A stretch of 40,034 bases of DNA, taken from positions 1 through 40,034 of the forward strand of contig JAGARD010000133.1 of the NCBI GenBank assembly GCA_017622415.1. Direction: 5' to 3'. The DNA comes from Clostridia bacterium. GTDB lineage: Bacteria; Bacillota; Clostridia; Oscillospirales; Acutalibacteraceae. Position 1 is the stretch's first letter. The number at the start of each line of letters is the position of its first letter. The notes under the pieces are model-generated. The model saw only the letters and a program-made list of their open reading frames with translations, was not told the origin of the DNA and made no database searches. Below are positions 1 to 9,364 of this stretch, piece by piece. Both the position numbers and the translations under genes were made by a program.

Positions 1-143
1 AGCATATTTGGTCCTCCGTTCATGGTTACTAGTCATTTCCATTTTAACGGATTTTTTCCAAATATGCTCTACTTTTTTTCTTTTATTTCATTTTTTCTTC
101 GTAGGCTCTACTTGGTTACCCCAACATTTATTATAGAGCCATT

Positions 144-176
144 AAAACGGAGCAGAATTTTCTGCTCCGTTTTTTT
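144..176. terminator. Intrinsic terminator hairpin downstream of metK, usable in both directions
   Basis: Stem ACGGAGCAGA (147..156) pairs with TCTGCTCCGT (161..170), loop ATTT. An A-run precedes it and T6 follows, so the minus-strand transcript also ends in a U-run. Confidence 0.75.
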
Positions 177-198
177 GATGTAAAAAAAGGTTTAAATT

Positions 199-1380
199 TT
201 ATTTTATTGCGGCTTTAAGGGCATCTACACGGTCGGTTTTTTCCCAAGGCAAATCCAAATCTGTTCTGCCAACGTGACCGTAAGCGGCGGTTTGACGGTA
301 GATAGGTCTGCGGAGGTCTAAATCGCGGATGATTGCAAGGGGGCGAAGGTCAAATACCTTATTTACTGCAGTTGCAATCAGTTCATCATCCACAATACCT
401 GTACCTGCGGTATCCACCATAACCGATACGGGCTTTGCAACGCCAATAGCGTAGGCAAGCTGAACCTCGGCACGTTTTGCAAGACCTGCGGCAACGATAT
501 TTTTCGCAACATATCTTGCTGCATAAGCGGCAGAACGGTCAACCTTTGTGGGGTCCTTGCCTGAAAATGCACCGCCACCGTGTTTAGCGTAGCCACCATA
601 GGTATCTACAATAATTTTTCTGCCTGTAAGACCTGTATCACCTTGCGGTCCGCCCACAACAAAGCGACCTGTGGGGTTAATGAATATTTTTGTATTATCG
701 TCAAAAAGCTCGTTTTCAAGCTCGGCTTTAATAACCTTTTCCAAAATATCAGCACGAAGTGTTTCAATGCTTACGTCAGCAGAGTGCTGAGAGGAAACAA
801 CAACGGTATCAATATGTATGGGCTTGCTGTCCTCATATTCAACCGTAACCTGAGTTTTGCCGTCGGCACGAAGATAGCTAAGCTCGCCCGATTTGCGAAC
901 GGCGGTAAGCCTTTTTGCAAGACGGTGAGCAAGTGCAATTGGAAGAGGCATAAGCTCAGGTGTTTCATCACAGGCGAAGCCAAACATCATACCTTGGTCG
1001 CCCGCACCGTGTAAATTAAGCTCATCATCCTCGCCCGATTTTTGTTCTAAGGATTTATCAACACCGAGAGCAATATCGGGAGATTGCTCATCCAAAGCAA
1101 CCATAACGGCACAGGTGTTGCCGTCAAAGCCCTTTTCGGGGGAATCATAGCCAATATCGCAAACCACCTGACGTGCAATTTTTGCAATATCCACCTTGGC
1201 TTTGGTGGTGATTTCGCCCATAACGGTCACAATACCTGTGGTGCAAAAGGTTTCACAGGCAACACGGGACATAGGGTCTTGCTCAAGCATAGCATCAAGC
1301 ACGGCATCGGAAATGTTGTCGCTTATTTTATCGGGATGACCCTCTGTTACCGATTCGGATGTAAAAAGCCACTTAGACAT
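199..1380 (-). CDS. metK: S-adenosylmethionine synthetase
   Basis: 393-aa ORF carrying the MetK signatures [16 protein letters not shown] and [30 protein letters not shown] riboswitch lies in its leader. Confidence 0.97.
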   Translation of the reverse strand: MSKWLFTSESVTEGHPDKISDNISDAVLDAMLEQDPMSRVACETFCTTGIVTVMGEITTKAKVDIAKIARQVVCDIGYDSPEKGFDGNTCAVMVALDEQSPDIALGVDKSLEQKSGEDDELNLHGAGDQGMMFGFACDETPELMPLPIALAHRLAKRLTAVRKSGELSYLRADGKTQVTVEYEDSKPIHIDTVVVSSQHSADVSIETLRADILEKVIKAELENELFDDNTKIFINPTGRFVVGGPQGDTGLTGRKIIVDTYGGYAKHGGGAFSGKDPTKVDRSAAYAARYVAKNIVAAGLAKRAEVQLAYAIGVAKPVSVMVDTAGTGIVDDELIATAVNKVFDLRPLAIIRDLDLRRPIYRQTAAYGHVGRTDLDLPWEKTDRVDALKAAIK

Positions 1381-1454
1381 AAAAAATTCTCCTTTATAAA
1401 ATTTGTATAATTTTAAGATAATACCTTTACTTTTTACTTCTTACCTATTACTTC

Positions 1455-1590
1455 AAAAACCCCCGCCCATAGATGGGCAGGGGTTTTTCAGCCTCATCTT
1501 TCGGTAAAAACCGCAGGATTTAGCACCTTGCTTTATACAGGTTGCCGGGCATCACAGGGCCTGTCCCTCCGCCACTCTTGATAAGGGTAT
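1455..1590 (-). promoter_or_regulatory. SAM-I (S-box) riboswitch with terminator expression platform, in the metK leader
   Basis: The minus strand reads CTTATCAAGAGTGGCGGAGGGACAGGCCCTGTGATGCCCGGCAACC...AAGGTGCTAAATCCTGCGG...GAAAGATGAGGC, which matches the conserved S-box cores. It is followed by the hairpin CCCCTGCCCAT/ATGGGCGGGGG plus T5 (1455..1488). Confidence 0.9.
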
Positions 1591-1607
1591 TAACTTTCAA
1601 CATATAT

Positions 1608-1635
1608 ATTGTAACACAAAGTAGAAAAATGTCAA
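1608..1635 (-). promoter_or_regulatory. Sigma-70-type promoter for the metK leader
   Basis: Minus strand: TTGACA (1630..1635), 16-nt spacer, TACAAT (1608..1613) with TG one base upstream (extended -10). It sits just upstream of the riboswitch. Confidence 0.7.
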
Positions 1636-1651
1636 CACTTTTATTATTAAT

Positions 1652-1696
1652 AAAATCTTGGAAACGGCGTAGCTTTTACCCCGTGTCCAAGATTTT
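1652..1696 (-). terminator. Probable terminator hairpin after rex
   Basis: AAAATCTTGGAAACGG (1652..1667) pairs with CCGTGTCCAAGATTTT (1681..1696) with one bulge. The stem is AU-rich and the U-run is partly inside it. Confidence 0.45.
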
Positions 1697-1712
1697 GCAT
1701 TTTTAAACGGTA

Positions 1713-2345
1713 TCAATCATTTTTTATTTTATAGGATAGCTTCATAAGGCTGTCGCCCAAATGAACATTTTCCACAGCGATTTCGGGATGATTTACTGCC
1801 AAATCATAATGCGAGAAATTCCAAAAGCCCTTAACTCCCAAATGAATAAGGGCGTTGCAAATTTCATACGCATCGTTTTGTGGAATACAAAGAATAGCAC
1901 AAACAGGCAGATTTTCACGGCAAAATTCATCTAAATCATCGATATGGCGAATGGGCAGACCCTTGATAATTTGACCTTTAAGGGCTTCCTTTTTATCAAA
2001 TATACCGATAAGGCGAAAGCCCTTGCCCTCAAAATTCATATGACTTGCAATGGCACGTCCCAAATTGCCCGCACCTATAAGTATAGCACGGTTGGATTTG
2101 TTAAGACCTAAAATATTGCCTATTTCATTTCTAAGCTGTTCTATGTGATAGCCATAGCCTTGTTGACCAAAACCGCCGAAGCAGTTTAAATCCTGTCTTA
2201 TCTGGCTGGCGGTAAGTCCCATTTTTTCTGAAAGCTCGCGGGAAGAAATGCGTTGAACACCCTTTGATAAAAGCTCGCCTAAAAATCTGTGATAGCGGGG
2301 TAATCTGTTTATAACAAGCTCTGAAATACCTTGTGAATTTGTCAT
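1713..2345 (-). CDS. rex: Redox-sensing transcriptional repressor Rex
   Basis: 210 aa. N-terminal winged-helix segment RLPRYHRFL...SSRELSEKMGLTASQIRQDL, followed by a Rossmann motif IGAGNLGRA. Last gene of the acn-icd-rex string. Confidence 0.93.
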   Translation of the reverse strand: MTNSQGISELVINRLPRYHRFLGELLSKGVQRISSRELSEKMGLTASQIRQDLNCFGGFGQQGYGYHIEQLRNEIGNILGLNKSNRAILIGAGNLGRAIASHMNFEGKGFRLIGIFDKKEALKGQIIKGLPIRHIDDLDEFCRENLPVCAILCIPQNDAYEICNALIHLGVKGFWNFSHYDLAVNHPEIAVENVHLGDSLMKLSYKIKND

Positions 2346-2380
2346 ACGCTTTCCTCCTTTTTATATTTAAAAATCATAAA

Positions 2381-3595
2381 TTAAAGCATTTCCTTAAGTC
2401 TTAAGTCAATTTCTTTAAGGAAGGTTTCGGTATCTACCGTCTTTTTGTTTTCCAAGGTGGAAAGAGCGGCTAAATCACCCGTCATAACGCCCTCCTCAAT
2501 GGTGCGGATGGTAGCCTTTTCAAGGGTATCGGCAAAACGGCAAAGCTCGGGAGTGTTATCGAGCTCGCCACGCTTGCGAAGTGCACCTGTCCAAGCAAAC
2601 AGAGTTGCAACGCTGTTTGTAGAGGTCTTTTCGCCCTTTAAGTGACGGTAATAATGACGCTGAACTGTACCGTGAGCGGCTTCATATTCATAAACGCCGT
2701 CGGGAGAAACCAAAACAGAAGTCATCATTGCAAGACTGCCGTAAGCGGTGGCAACCATATCCGACATAACGTCGCCGTCATAGTTTTTGCAAGCCCAGAT
2801 ATATCCGCCCTCGGAGCGAACTACGCGGGCAACGGCATCATCAATAAGGGTGTAGAAGTATTCAATGCCTGCCTCAGCAAATTTTTCCTTGTATTCTGCA
2901 TCAAAAATCTCGTTAAAAATATCCTTAAAACGATGGTCGTATTTTTTAGAGATGGTATCCTTAGAAGCAAACCAAATATCTTGCTTGGTATCAAGTGCGA
3001 AGTTAAAACAGCTTCTTGCAAAGGATGAGATAGATTTATCAATATTGTGAAGACCCTGAATAATACCCGAAGAGCCACTGAATTCGTGGATAAGCTGACG
3101 GGTTTCCTTACCGTCGGGAGTAGTGCAAACAAGCTCACACTTTGCACCGTCGGGTACCTGCATTTCGGTGTTTTTGTAAACATCACCGTAAGCGTGACGG
3201 GCAATGGTAATGGGCTTTGTCCAGGTGGGAATAAAGGGAGTAATACCCTTTACAATAATGGGAGTTCGGAAAACGGTGCCGTCTAAAATAGCACGGATGG
3301 TGCCATTGGGGGATTTCCACATTTCTTTAAGATTATATTCGGTCATACGGTCAGCGTTGGGGGTGATGGTGGCACACTTAACTGCAACACCGTATTTTTT
3401 TGTAGCCTCGGCAGAGTCAAAGGTAACCTGGTCGTTTGTTTCGTTGCGATACTCTAAACCTAAATCATAATATTCTGTTTTAAGGTCCACATAGGGTGTG
3501 AGCAAAATGTCTTTAATCATCTTCCAGATAATTCTGGTCATTTCGTCTCCGTCCATCTCCACCAAGGGAGTTTTCATTTGAATTTTATCGCTCAT
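2381..3595 (-). CDS. icd: NADP-dependent isocitrate dehydrogenase (IDH1/eukaryote-like type)
   Basis: Colinear with IDH1-type enzymes ([40 protein letters not shown]). I prefer the start at 3595 because GGAGG lies 8 nt upstream. The ORF-track start at 3610 overlaps the acn stop (TAATG) and remains possible. Confidence 0.92.
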   Translation of the reverse strand: MSDKIQMKTPLVEMDGDEMTRIIWKMIKDILLTPYVDLKTEYYDLGLEYRNETNDQVTFDSAEATKKYGVAVKCATITPNADRMTEYNLKEMWKSPNGTIRAILDGTVFRTPIIVKGITPFIPTWTKPITIARHAYGDVYKNTEMQVPDGAKCELVCTTPDGKETRQLIHEFSGSSGIIQGLHNIDKSISSFARSCFNFALDTKQDIWFASKDTISKKYDHRFKDIFNEIFDAEYKEKFAEAGIEYFYTLIDDAVARVVRSEGGYIWACKNYDGDVMSDMVATAYGSLAMMTSVLVSPDGVYEYEAAHGTVQRHYYRHLKGEKTSTNSVATLFAWTGALRKRGELDNTPELCRFADTLEKATIRTIEEGVMTGDLAALSTLENKKTVDTETFLKEIDLRLKEML

Positions 3596-3609
3596 TTTAT
3601 TTTCCTCCA

Positions 3610-5547
3610 TTACTTATTGTTTTCTCTTGTGTAGCTAAGCAGACCGCCGCTAAGCAGAATATCTGCAGAACGCTCCGAAACGGCAGAAAGAAGAGTGTAG
3701 CTTTCGCCTTTGGTTTTGTTAACAAGTTTTACCTCGTCACCGTTTTCGATAGCCTTGCGGATATCGGGAAGTTCAAGCTCGTCAAACTGCTCGATTTTAT
3801 CGTAATCTTCGGTATTTTTAAAGGTGAGAGGAACAATACCTGCGTTTACAAGGTTTGCAACGTGTATTCTTGCAAAGCTTTTTGCCACAACCGCCTTAAT
3901 TCCAAGATAAAGGGGAACAAGTGCGGCGTGCTCACGCGAGGAGCCTTGACCGTAGTTTTCGCCACCGATTATAATACCCTTGCCCTCTTTTTTGCAGTTT
4001 TCGGGGAACTGCTCGTCACATCTTGTAAAGCAGAAGTTTGCAAGATAAGGAATATTAGAGCGGAAAGGAAGAATTTTCGCACCTGCGGGCATAATGTGGT
4101 CGGTTGTTATGTTGTCGCCAACCTTGAGTATTGCCTTTGCTGCAATAGAGTCGGCAAGCGGCTCAGTTTTTGGGAATGGCTTAATGTTGGGACCGCGAAG
4201 AATTTCTACTGATTTTGCATCCTCTATAGAAGCAGGTGCATCAATAGAATTATCATTAATAACAAATTTTTCGGGGAGTGTAATGGATGTAAGGTCGGCA
4301 TCCAAGGTCATAGGATCGGTAAGAACACCTGTTAAAGCGGCTGCCGCAGCGGTTTCGGGGCTAACTAAGAATACGCCTGCATCGGCAGTACCTGAGCGAC
4401 CCTCAAAGTTGCGGTTAAAGGTTCTAAGTGAAATACCTGCCGAGTTGGGAGCCTGACCCATACCAATACAAGGACCGCAAGCACACTCTAAAATTCTGGC
4501 ACCCGCGGCAATAAGCTTAGCTAGAGCACCGCACTCACTTAGCATATATAAAACCTGCTTGGAGCCTGGTGCAATACCAACGCTAACGTCGGGGTGAACT
4601 GTTTTTCCGTCTAAAATCTCGGCAACCTTTAACATATCTAAAAGGGATGAATTTGTACAGCTTCCAATAAGAACTTGGTCAACCTTCATTGCTCCGATTT
4701 CGGAAACCTTTTTAACGTTATCGGGGGAATGGGGCATTGCGGCAAGAGGCTCTAATGCCGAAAGGTCAACGGTGATTTCTTTATCGTAAACAGCGTCAGG
4801 GTCACTTGCAAGGGGGGTGAAATCTTCTTCTCTGCCTTGAGCGATAAGGAACTGACGGGTAATTTCATCCGAGGGGAATATTGATGTAGATGCACCAAGC
4901 TCTGCACCCATATTGGTAATGGTTGCACGCTCGGGCACCGAAAGGGTTTTAACGCCCTCGCCTGCATATTCTACTATGTAGCCAACGCCACCCTTAACAG
5001 AAAGCTGACGAAGCACTTCTAAAATAACATCCTTAGCTGAAACAAAGGGACGAAGCTTGCCCACTAAATTTACTCTGAGCATTTTAGGCATAGGAATGTA
5101 GTAGGCACCGCCACCCATAGCAACCGCAACGTCCATACCGCCTGCACCCATAGCCAGCATACCCATACCGCCACAGGTGGGGGTGTGGGAGTCAGAGCCG
5201 ATAAGGGTTTTACCGGGTTTTGAAAAACGCTCCAAATGAATTTGATGGCATATACCGTTACCTGGGTGAGAATAGTAAATACCGTGCTTTTTGCAAATGG
5301 ACTGAATAAAACGGTGGTCGTCGGCATTTTCAAAGCCTGTTTGTAGGGTGTTATGGTCAATATATGCTACCGAGCGTTCGGTTTTAACTCGGTCAACTCC
5401 CATAGCTTCAAACTCTAAGTAAGCCATAGTTCCTGTGGCATCCTGAGTTAAGGTTTGGTCAATTCTAAGACCTATATCTGTGCCTTGCTTCATTTCGCCG
5501 TCTACAATATGTGCGGCGAGTATTTTTTCGGCAATTGTCATACCCAT
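3610..5547 (-). CDS. Aconitate hydratase (about 640-aa clostridial type)
   Basis: 645 aa with aconitase-family Fe-S ligand contexts GSDSHT, GSCTNSS and [15 protein letters not shown] lies 9 nt upstream of the ATG. Confidence 0.92.
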   Translation of the reverse strand: MGMTIAEKILAAHIVDGEMKQGTDIGLRIDQTLTQDATGTMAYLEFEAMGVDRVKTERSVAYIDHNTLQTGFENADDHRFIQSICKKHGIYYSHPGNGICHQIHLERFSKPGKTLIGSDSHTPTCGGMGMLAMGAGGMDVAVAMGGGAYYIPMPKMLRVNLVGKLRPFVSAKDVILEVLRQLSVKGGVGYIVEYAGEGVKTLSVPERATITNMGAELGASTSIFPSDEITRQFLIAQGREEDFTPLASDPDAVYDKEITVDLSALEPLAAMPHSPDNVKKVSEIGAMKVDQVLIGSCTNSSLLDMLKVAEILDGKTVHPDVSVGIAPGSKQVLYMLSECGALAKLIAAGARILECACGPCIGMGQAPNSAGISLRTFNRNFEGRSGTADAGVFLVSPETAAAAALTGVLTDPMTLDADLTSITLPEKFVINDNSIDAPASIEDAKSVEILRGPNIKPFPKTEPLADSIAAKAILKVGDNITTDHIMPAGAKILPFRSNIPYLANFCFTRCDEQFPENCKKEGKGIIIGGENYGQGSSREHAALVPLYLGIKAVVAKSFARIHVANLVNAGIVPLTFKNTEDYDKIEQFDELELPDIRKAIENGDEVKLVNKTKGESYTLLSAVSERSADILLSGGLLSYTRENNK

Positions 5548-5563
5548 TTTTCATTACTCCTCT

Positions 5564-5581
5564 TTGTTAAAAAATAATCAA
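5564..5581. promoter_or_regulatory. Candidate Rex operator in the acn leader
   Basis: TTGTTAA-AAAA-TAATCAA compared with the Rex consensus TTGTGAA-N4-TTCACA A (clostridial TTGTTAA-N4-TTAACAA). The left half matches fully and the right half 5/7. It lies between the acn -10 and the SD. Confidence 0.4.
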
Positions 5582-5585
5582 ATAT

Positions 5586-5614
5586 ATTATATCAAAAAAG
5601 GGCTTCGCCGTCAA
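5586..5614 (-). promoter_or_regulatory. Promoter of the acn-icd-rex operon
   Basis: Minus strand: TTGACG (5609..5614), 17 nt, TATAAT (5586..5591). Confidence 0.7.
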
Positions 5615-5661
5615 GTGCGATAAAGCGGTATTTTATCACAGTAAATATTTTTTGCATAAGG

Positions 5662-5702
5662 TTTACAGATAAGTTGACATCTGTAAATAAAGGTGTTATA
5701 AT
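5662..5702 (+). promoter_or_regulatory. nadA promoter with an overlapping 9-bp inverted repeat (candidate NiaR operator)
   Basis: TTGACA (5674..5679), 17 nt, TATAAT (5697..5702). TTTACAGAT (5662..5670) and ATCTGTAAA (5679..5687) are exact reverse complements flanking the -35. The repressor gene niaR ends the operon. Confidence 0.65.
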
Positions 5703-5744
5703 TGTTCTCAAATTACTGTATGTTCGTGTGATGAGGTAAATGAT

Positions 5745-6644
5745 ATGAAAAATCAAATCGAACAATTAAAAAGAGCGAAAAATGCTGTTATTCTTGCCCA
5801 TTACTATGCCCCTGCCGAGGTGCAGGAAATTGCCGACTATGTTGGGGATTCGTTTTATCTTGCCAAGATTGCAAAGCAATCTAATGCAGATATAATTCTT
5901 TTTTGCGGTGTTCAGTTTATGGGGGAGAGTGCGAAGATTTTAAGTCCTAATAAGAAGGTGCTTATGCCCGACCTTACAGCAGACTGTCCTATGGCACATA
6001 TGGTGGCATACGGCGTTATAGAAGAAATGAGAGCAAAATATGATGACCTTGCTGTTGTTTGCTATATTAACTCAACCGCAGAGCTAAAATGCAAGAGTGA
6101 TGTTTGCGTTACTTCCTCCAATGCGGTGAAAATTGTAAAGGCACTGCCAAATAAAAATATTTTCTTTATTCCTGACCATAATCTGGGAAGCTTTGTTGCA
6201 AAGCAGGTTACGGAAAAAAATATTATTTTGAATGATGGCTGTTGTCCAATCCACGCCGCCATCACTGCATCGCAGATTAAACTTGAAAAAGACAAGCATC
6301 CAAAAGCATTGGTATTGTCCCACCCCGAATGTGAGGCAGAGGTTCTTGCTTTATCTGACTATATTGGTAGCACAGCCGATATAATTGCCTATGCCAATAA
6401 TAGCAAGGCGACAGAGTTTATTGTTGTTACTGAGGATGGTGTGGATTATAAGCTGATTACCGATAATCCAAACAAGCATTTTTACTATCCAAATCCCCAT
6501 CCCTGCTGTGCTGATATGAAGCTGAATACACCAGGTGCCGTTTTGTCGGTGCTGGAAAAGGAAGATAAAGAAGTAATCGTAGACGAGGATGTTCGTAAGC
6601 GTGCACTTCTTCCTCTGGAGAGAATGTTGGAGCTTGCTAAATAA
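5745..6644 (+). CDS. nadA: Quinolinate synthase
   Basis: 299 aa, colinear with NadA (ILAHYY, FMGESAKIL, SHPEC). First gene of a nadA-nadB-nadC-niaR string. Confidence 0.92.
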   Translation: MKNQIEQLKRAKNAVILAHYYAPAEVQEIADYVGDSFYLAKIAKQSNADIILFCGVQFMGESAKILSPNKKVLMPDLTADCPMAHMVAYGVIEEMRAKYDDLAVVCYINSTAELKCKSDVCVTSSNAVKIVKALPNKNIFFIPDHNLGSFVAKQVTEKNIILNDGCCPIHAAITASQIKLEKDKHPKALVLSHPECEAEVLALSDYIGSTADIIAYANNSKATEFIVVTEDGVDYKLITDNPNKHFYYPNPHPCCADMKLNTPGAVLSVLEKEDKEVIVDEDVRKRALLPLERMLELAK

Positions 6645-6645
6645 T

Positions 6646-7920
6646 ATGAAAACAGATATTTTGGTTGTAGGAAGCGGTGTGGCAGGGCTTTACTGTGCAC
6701 TAAATTTTCCTAAGGATAAAAACATAATCGTCGTAACAAAAAACAAGGCTTGCAGAAGTGACTCTTATCTTGCACAAGGCGGTATATGTGTGCTTCGTGA
6801 TGAAAAGGATTATGATGCCTTTTATGAGGATACAATGAAAGCGGGTCATTATGAAAATAATCCCGATTCGGTCCACATTATGATTCACTCCTCCAGAGAG
6901 GTTATTTCTGACCTTATATCCTTTGGTGTTCGTTTTGAAATGAACGGAAAAGAGTTTACATATACAAAAGAGGGGGCACATAGCAGTCCTCGTATTCTTT
7001 TCCATGAAGATGAAACAGGTAAAGAAATTACCTCACATCTTCTTGAGACAGCAAGAAATAGAGAAAACATAAAGCTAATTGAAAATTATACTATGGTTGA
7101 CCTCATTTGTGATAACAATGAGTGTTTTGGAATTATCGGACACGATGAAAACGGTGAATACTCATCAATTCAAGCCGACTATACCGTTCTTGCAACGGGC
7201 GGAATAGGTGGCGTTTTCGAACATTCTACCAACTACAAGCACCTTACGGGTGATGCGATTGCCTTGGCACTGAAACACGGCATAAAGCTACAAAATATCG
7301 ACTATATTCAAATTCATCCTACAACGCTTTATACCGAAAACGAGGGCAGAGAGTTTTTAATTTCCGAGTCGGTACGTGGCGAGGGTGCAATTCTTCTAAA
7401 CAGTAAGGGAGAGCGGTTTGTTAATGAGCTACTACCACGTGATGTAGTTGCAAACGCCATTTTTGAAGAAATGAAAAAAGAAGGAAGCAGGCACGTTTGG
7501 CTTTCAATGGCACCTATTCCCATAGGGGAAATAAAATCACACTTTCCTAACATTTATAAGCGTTGCCTTGAGGCGGGTTATGATGCCACTAAGGAGCCTA
7601 TTCCTGTTGTACCGTCTCAGCACTACTTTATGGGCGGTATTGATGTTGACCGATACAGCAAAACATCAATGAGCCGTTTGTATGCGGCAGGTGAAACGGC
7701 TTGCAATGGGGTGCACGGAAGAAACCGTTTGGCAAGTAATTCTCTGCTTGAAAGCCTTGTATTTGCCAAAAGAGCGGCAATGCACATTACAGATAATTAC
7801 ACTTCATTAAAACATTTTAATAAGATTTTGGTTGATGCTTCTCAGTATGAGGGGTATCAGGAAAAGTATAAGAAAATAGTTTTGGACGCAATTGAAAAGG
7901 AGAAAAATAGCCATGAATAA
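6646..7920 (+). CDS. nadB: L-aspartate oxidase
   Basis: FAD motif VVGSGVAGL at the N-terminus and the C-terminal signature GETACNGVHGRNRLASNSLLE. I set the start at the ATG at 6646 (MKTDILVVGSG), 1 nt after the nadA stop. The ORF-track start at 6589 would overlap nadA. Confidence 0.92.
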   Translation: MKTDILVVGSGVAGLYCALNFPKDKNIIVVTKNKACRSDSYLAQGGICVLRDEKDYDAFYEDTMKAGHYENNPDSVHIMIHSSREVISDLISFGVRFEMNGKEFTYTKEGAHSSPRILFHEDETGKEITSHLLETARNRENIKLIENYTMVDLICDNNECFGIIGHDENGEYSSIQADYTVLATGGIGGVFEHSTNYKHLTGDAIALALKHGIKLQNIDYIQIHPTTLYTENEGREFLISESVRGEGAILLNSKGERFVNELLPRDVVANAIFEEMKKEGSRHVWLSMAPIPIGEIKSHFPNIYKRCLEAGYDATKEPIPVVPSQHYFMGGIDVDRYSKTSMSRLYAAGETACNGVHGRNRLASNSLLESLVFAKRAAMHITDNYTSLKHFNKILVDASQYEGYQEKYKKIVLDAIEKEKNSHE

Positions 7921-8764
7921 TATTTCTATGAAGGTGGGCGCAGACAACCTTATTCTTCTTGCCTTGCAGGAGGATATTACAAGTGAGGATATTACCACAA
8001 ACGCTGTTATGAGGCAGTATCAGCTTGGTGAGGTTGAACTGATTTGCAAAGAAGACGGTGTTATTGCAGGGCTTGATGTTTTTAAAAGAGTATTTGAGCT
8101 ACTTGACGATAAAACCGAAGTGACCTTTAGCTGTACAGACGGTGATGAAGTGAAAAAAGGACAGAAGCTTGGTATTGTTCGCGGTGATATTCGCGTGCTT
8201 CTTTCGGGCGAAAGAACTGCCCTGAATTTCTTACAGCGTATGAGCGGTATTGCAACCTATACACGTAATACCGTTAACCTACTTAAAGGAAGTAAAACAA
8301 AGCTTTTGGATACACGTAAAACAACCCCTTGTATGCGTATATTTGAAAAGTATGCCGTTAAGGTTGGCGGAGGATATAACCACCGCTATAACCTCAGTGA
8401 CGGTATTCTTTTAAAGGATAACCATATTGGTGCTGCGGGCGGTGTTAAAGAGGCTGTTAAGATGGCTAAGGAATACGCACCCTTTGTTCGTAAGATTGAG
8501 GTTGAGGTAGAAAGCTTGGATATGCTTAAAGAAGCTCTTGAGGCTGGTGCCGATATTATTATGCTTGATAATATGAGCACTCAGGATATGGAAAAGGCTG
8601 TTGCCCTTTGTGCAGGAAAGGCTGAAACCGAGTGCAGCGGAAATGTAACAAAAGAAAATATTGCAAGGCTTACCGATATTGGAGTAGATTATATTTCAAG
8701 CGGAGCACTCACACATTCTGCACCCATTTTAGATCTTTCTCTTAAAAATCTTCACGCTGTATAG
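7913..8764 (+). CDS. nadC: Nicotinate-nucleotide pyrophosphorylase (quinolinate phosphoribosyltransferase)
   Basis: Motifs TRKTTPCMR and GGGYNHRYNLSDGILLKDNH. AAGGAG lies 9 nt upstream of the ATG at 7913, and that ATG overlaps the nadB stop. Confidence 0.92.
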   Translation: MNNISMKVGADNLILLALQEDITSEDITTNAVMRQYQLGEVELICKEDGVIAGLDVFKRVFELLDDKTEVTFSCTDGDEVKKGQKLGIVRGDIRVLLSGERTALNFLQRMSGIATYTRNTVNLLKGSKTKLLDTRKTTPCMRIFEKYAVKVGGGYNHRYNLSDGILLKDNHIGAAGGVKEAVKMAKEYAPFVRKIEVEVESLDMLKEALEAGADIIMLDNMSTQDMEKAVALCAGKAETECSGNVTKENIARLTDIGVDYISSGALTHSAPILDLSLKNLHAV

Positions 8765-8775
8765 GAAGTGAATTA

Positions 8776-9288
8776 ATGAAGACTCAAGACAGAAGAAAAG
8801 CTATTGCAAATTTACTTTTATCCTCCAAAGAAGCTGTATCGGGTGGTAAACTTTCAGAAGAATTTGGTGTATCAAGGCAGATTATTGTTCAGGATATAGC
8901 AGTCTTAAAGGGCTCAGGATATGAGATTTTTTCCACTCACAGCGGTTACATTATGCAACAGTCTCCGCTAAAGGAACGTGTGTTTAAGCTCTATCATACT
9001 ACCGAGCAAACCGAGGATGAACTGAATTTAATTGTTGAGCTCGGCGGTACGGTAGTTGATGTATTTGTGTGGCATAAGGTATATGGCAAAATGTCCGCAA
9101 AGCTTAATATTTTTTCACCTCTTCATATCAAGCAGTTTATTGAGGGTGTCAGAACGGGAAAATCCACAGAGCTTATGAACATTACAGGTGGGTATCATTA
9201 TCACACAATTCGAGCCGAGTCAGAAGAAATTCTTGACAAAATAGATATTGCTTTAAAAAAACGGGGTTATATTGCTCCTGAAATATAA
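8776..9288 (+). CDS. niaR: NAD-biosynthesis transcriptional repressor NiaR (YrxA family, HTH plus 3H domain)
   Basis: 170 aa. The HTH region GGKLSEEFGVSRQIIVQDIAVLK closely parallels B. subtilis YrxA as I recall it. The C-terminal 3H-type histidines are present (HTTEQTEDEL, WHKVYG, HYHTI). Confidence 0.88.
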   Translation: MKTQDRRKAIANLLLSSKEAVSGGKLSEEFGVSRQIIVQDIAVLKGSGYEIFSTHSGYIMQQSPLKERVFKLYHTTEQTEDELNLIVELGGTVVDVFVWHKVYGKMSAKLNIFSPLHIKQFIEGVRTGKSTELMNITGGYHYHTIRAESEEILDKIDIALKKRGYIAPEI

Positions 9289-9315
9289 ATATATTATTTG
9301 GCTATATAAATTATC

Positions 9316-9350
9316 AGCGGCAGAGAGGTTAAAAAAATCTCTCTGCCGCT
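9316..9350. terminator. Hairpin between the convergent niaR and Na/Pi genes (terminator-like)
   Basis: AGCGGCAGAGAG (9316..9327) pairs with CTCTCTGCCGCT (9339..9350), a 12-bp perfect stem. There is no strong U-tract on either side. Confidence 0.55.
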
Positions 9351-9364
9351 ATGCATTATAAAAT

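Noticed and set aside
1-68. An 11-nt inverted repeat, AGCATATTTGG (1..11) and CCAAATATGCT (58..68), around what looks like the SD and start of a minus-strand gene leaving the window.
   Set aside because: The gene is outside the window and its start cannot be fixed (ATG at 5 or at 23). A single edge-truncated stem cannot be interpreted.
580-1014. 144-aa plus-strand ORF inside metK. The same pattern occurs at 1084..1410, 2642..3028, 3862..4212, 10554..11117, 22869..23372, 31835..32260, 34160..34741, 36367..36714 and other antisense ORFs in the track.
   Set aside because: All of them lie entirely antisense to, or out of frame within, genes with unambiguous family signatures. They have no SD or promoter, and their compositions are low-complexity mirror-frame artefacts. 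They are shadow ORFs.
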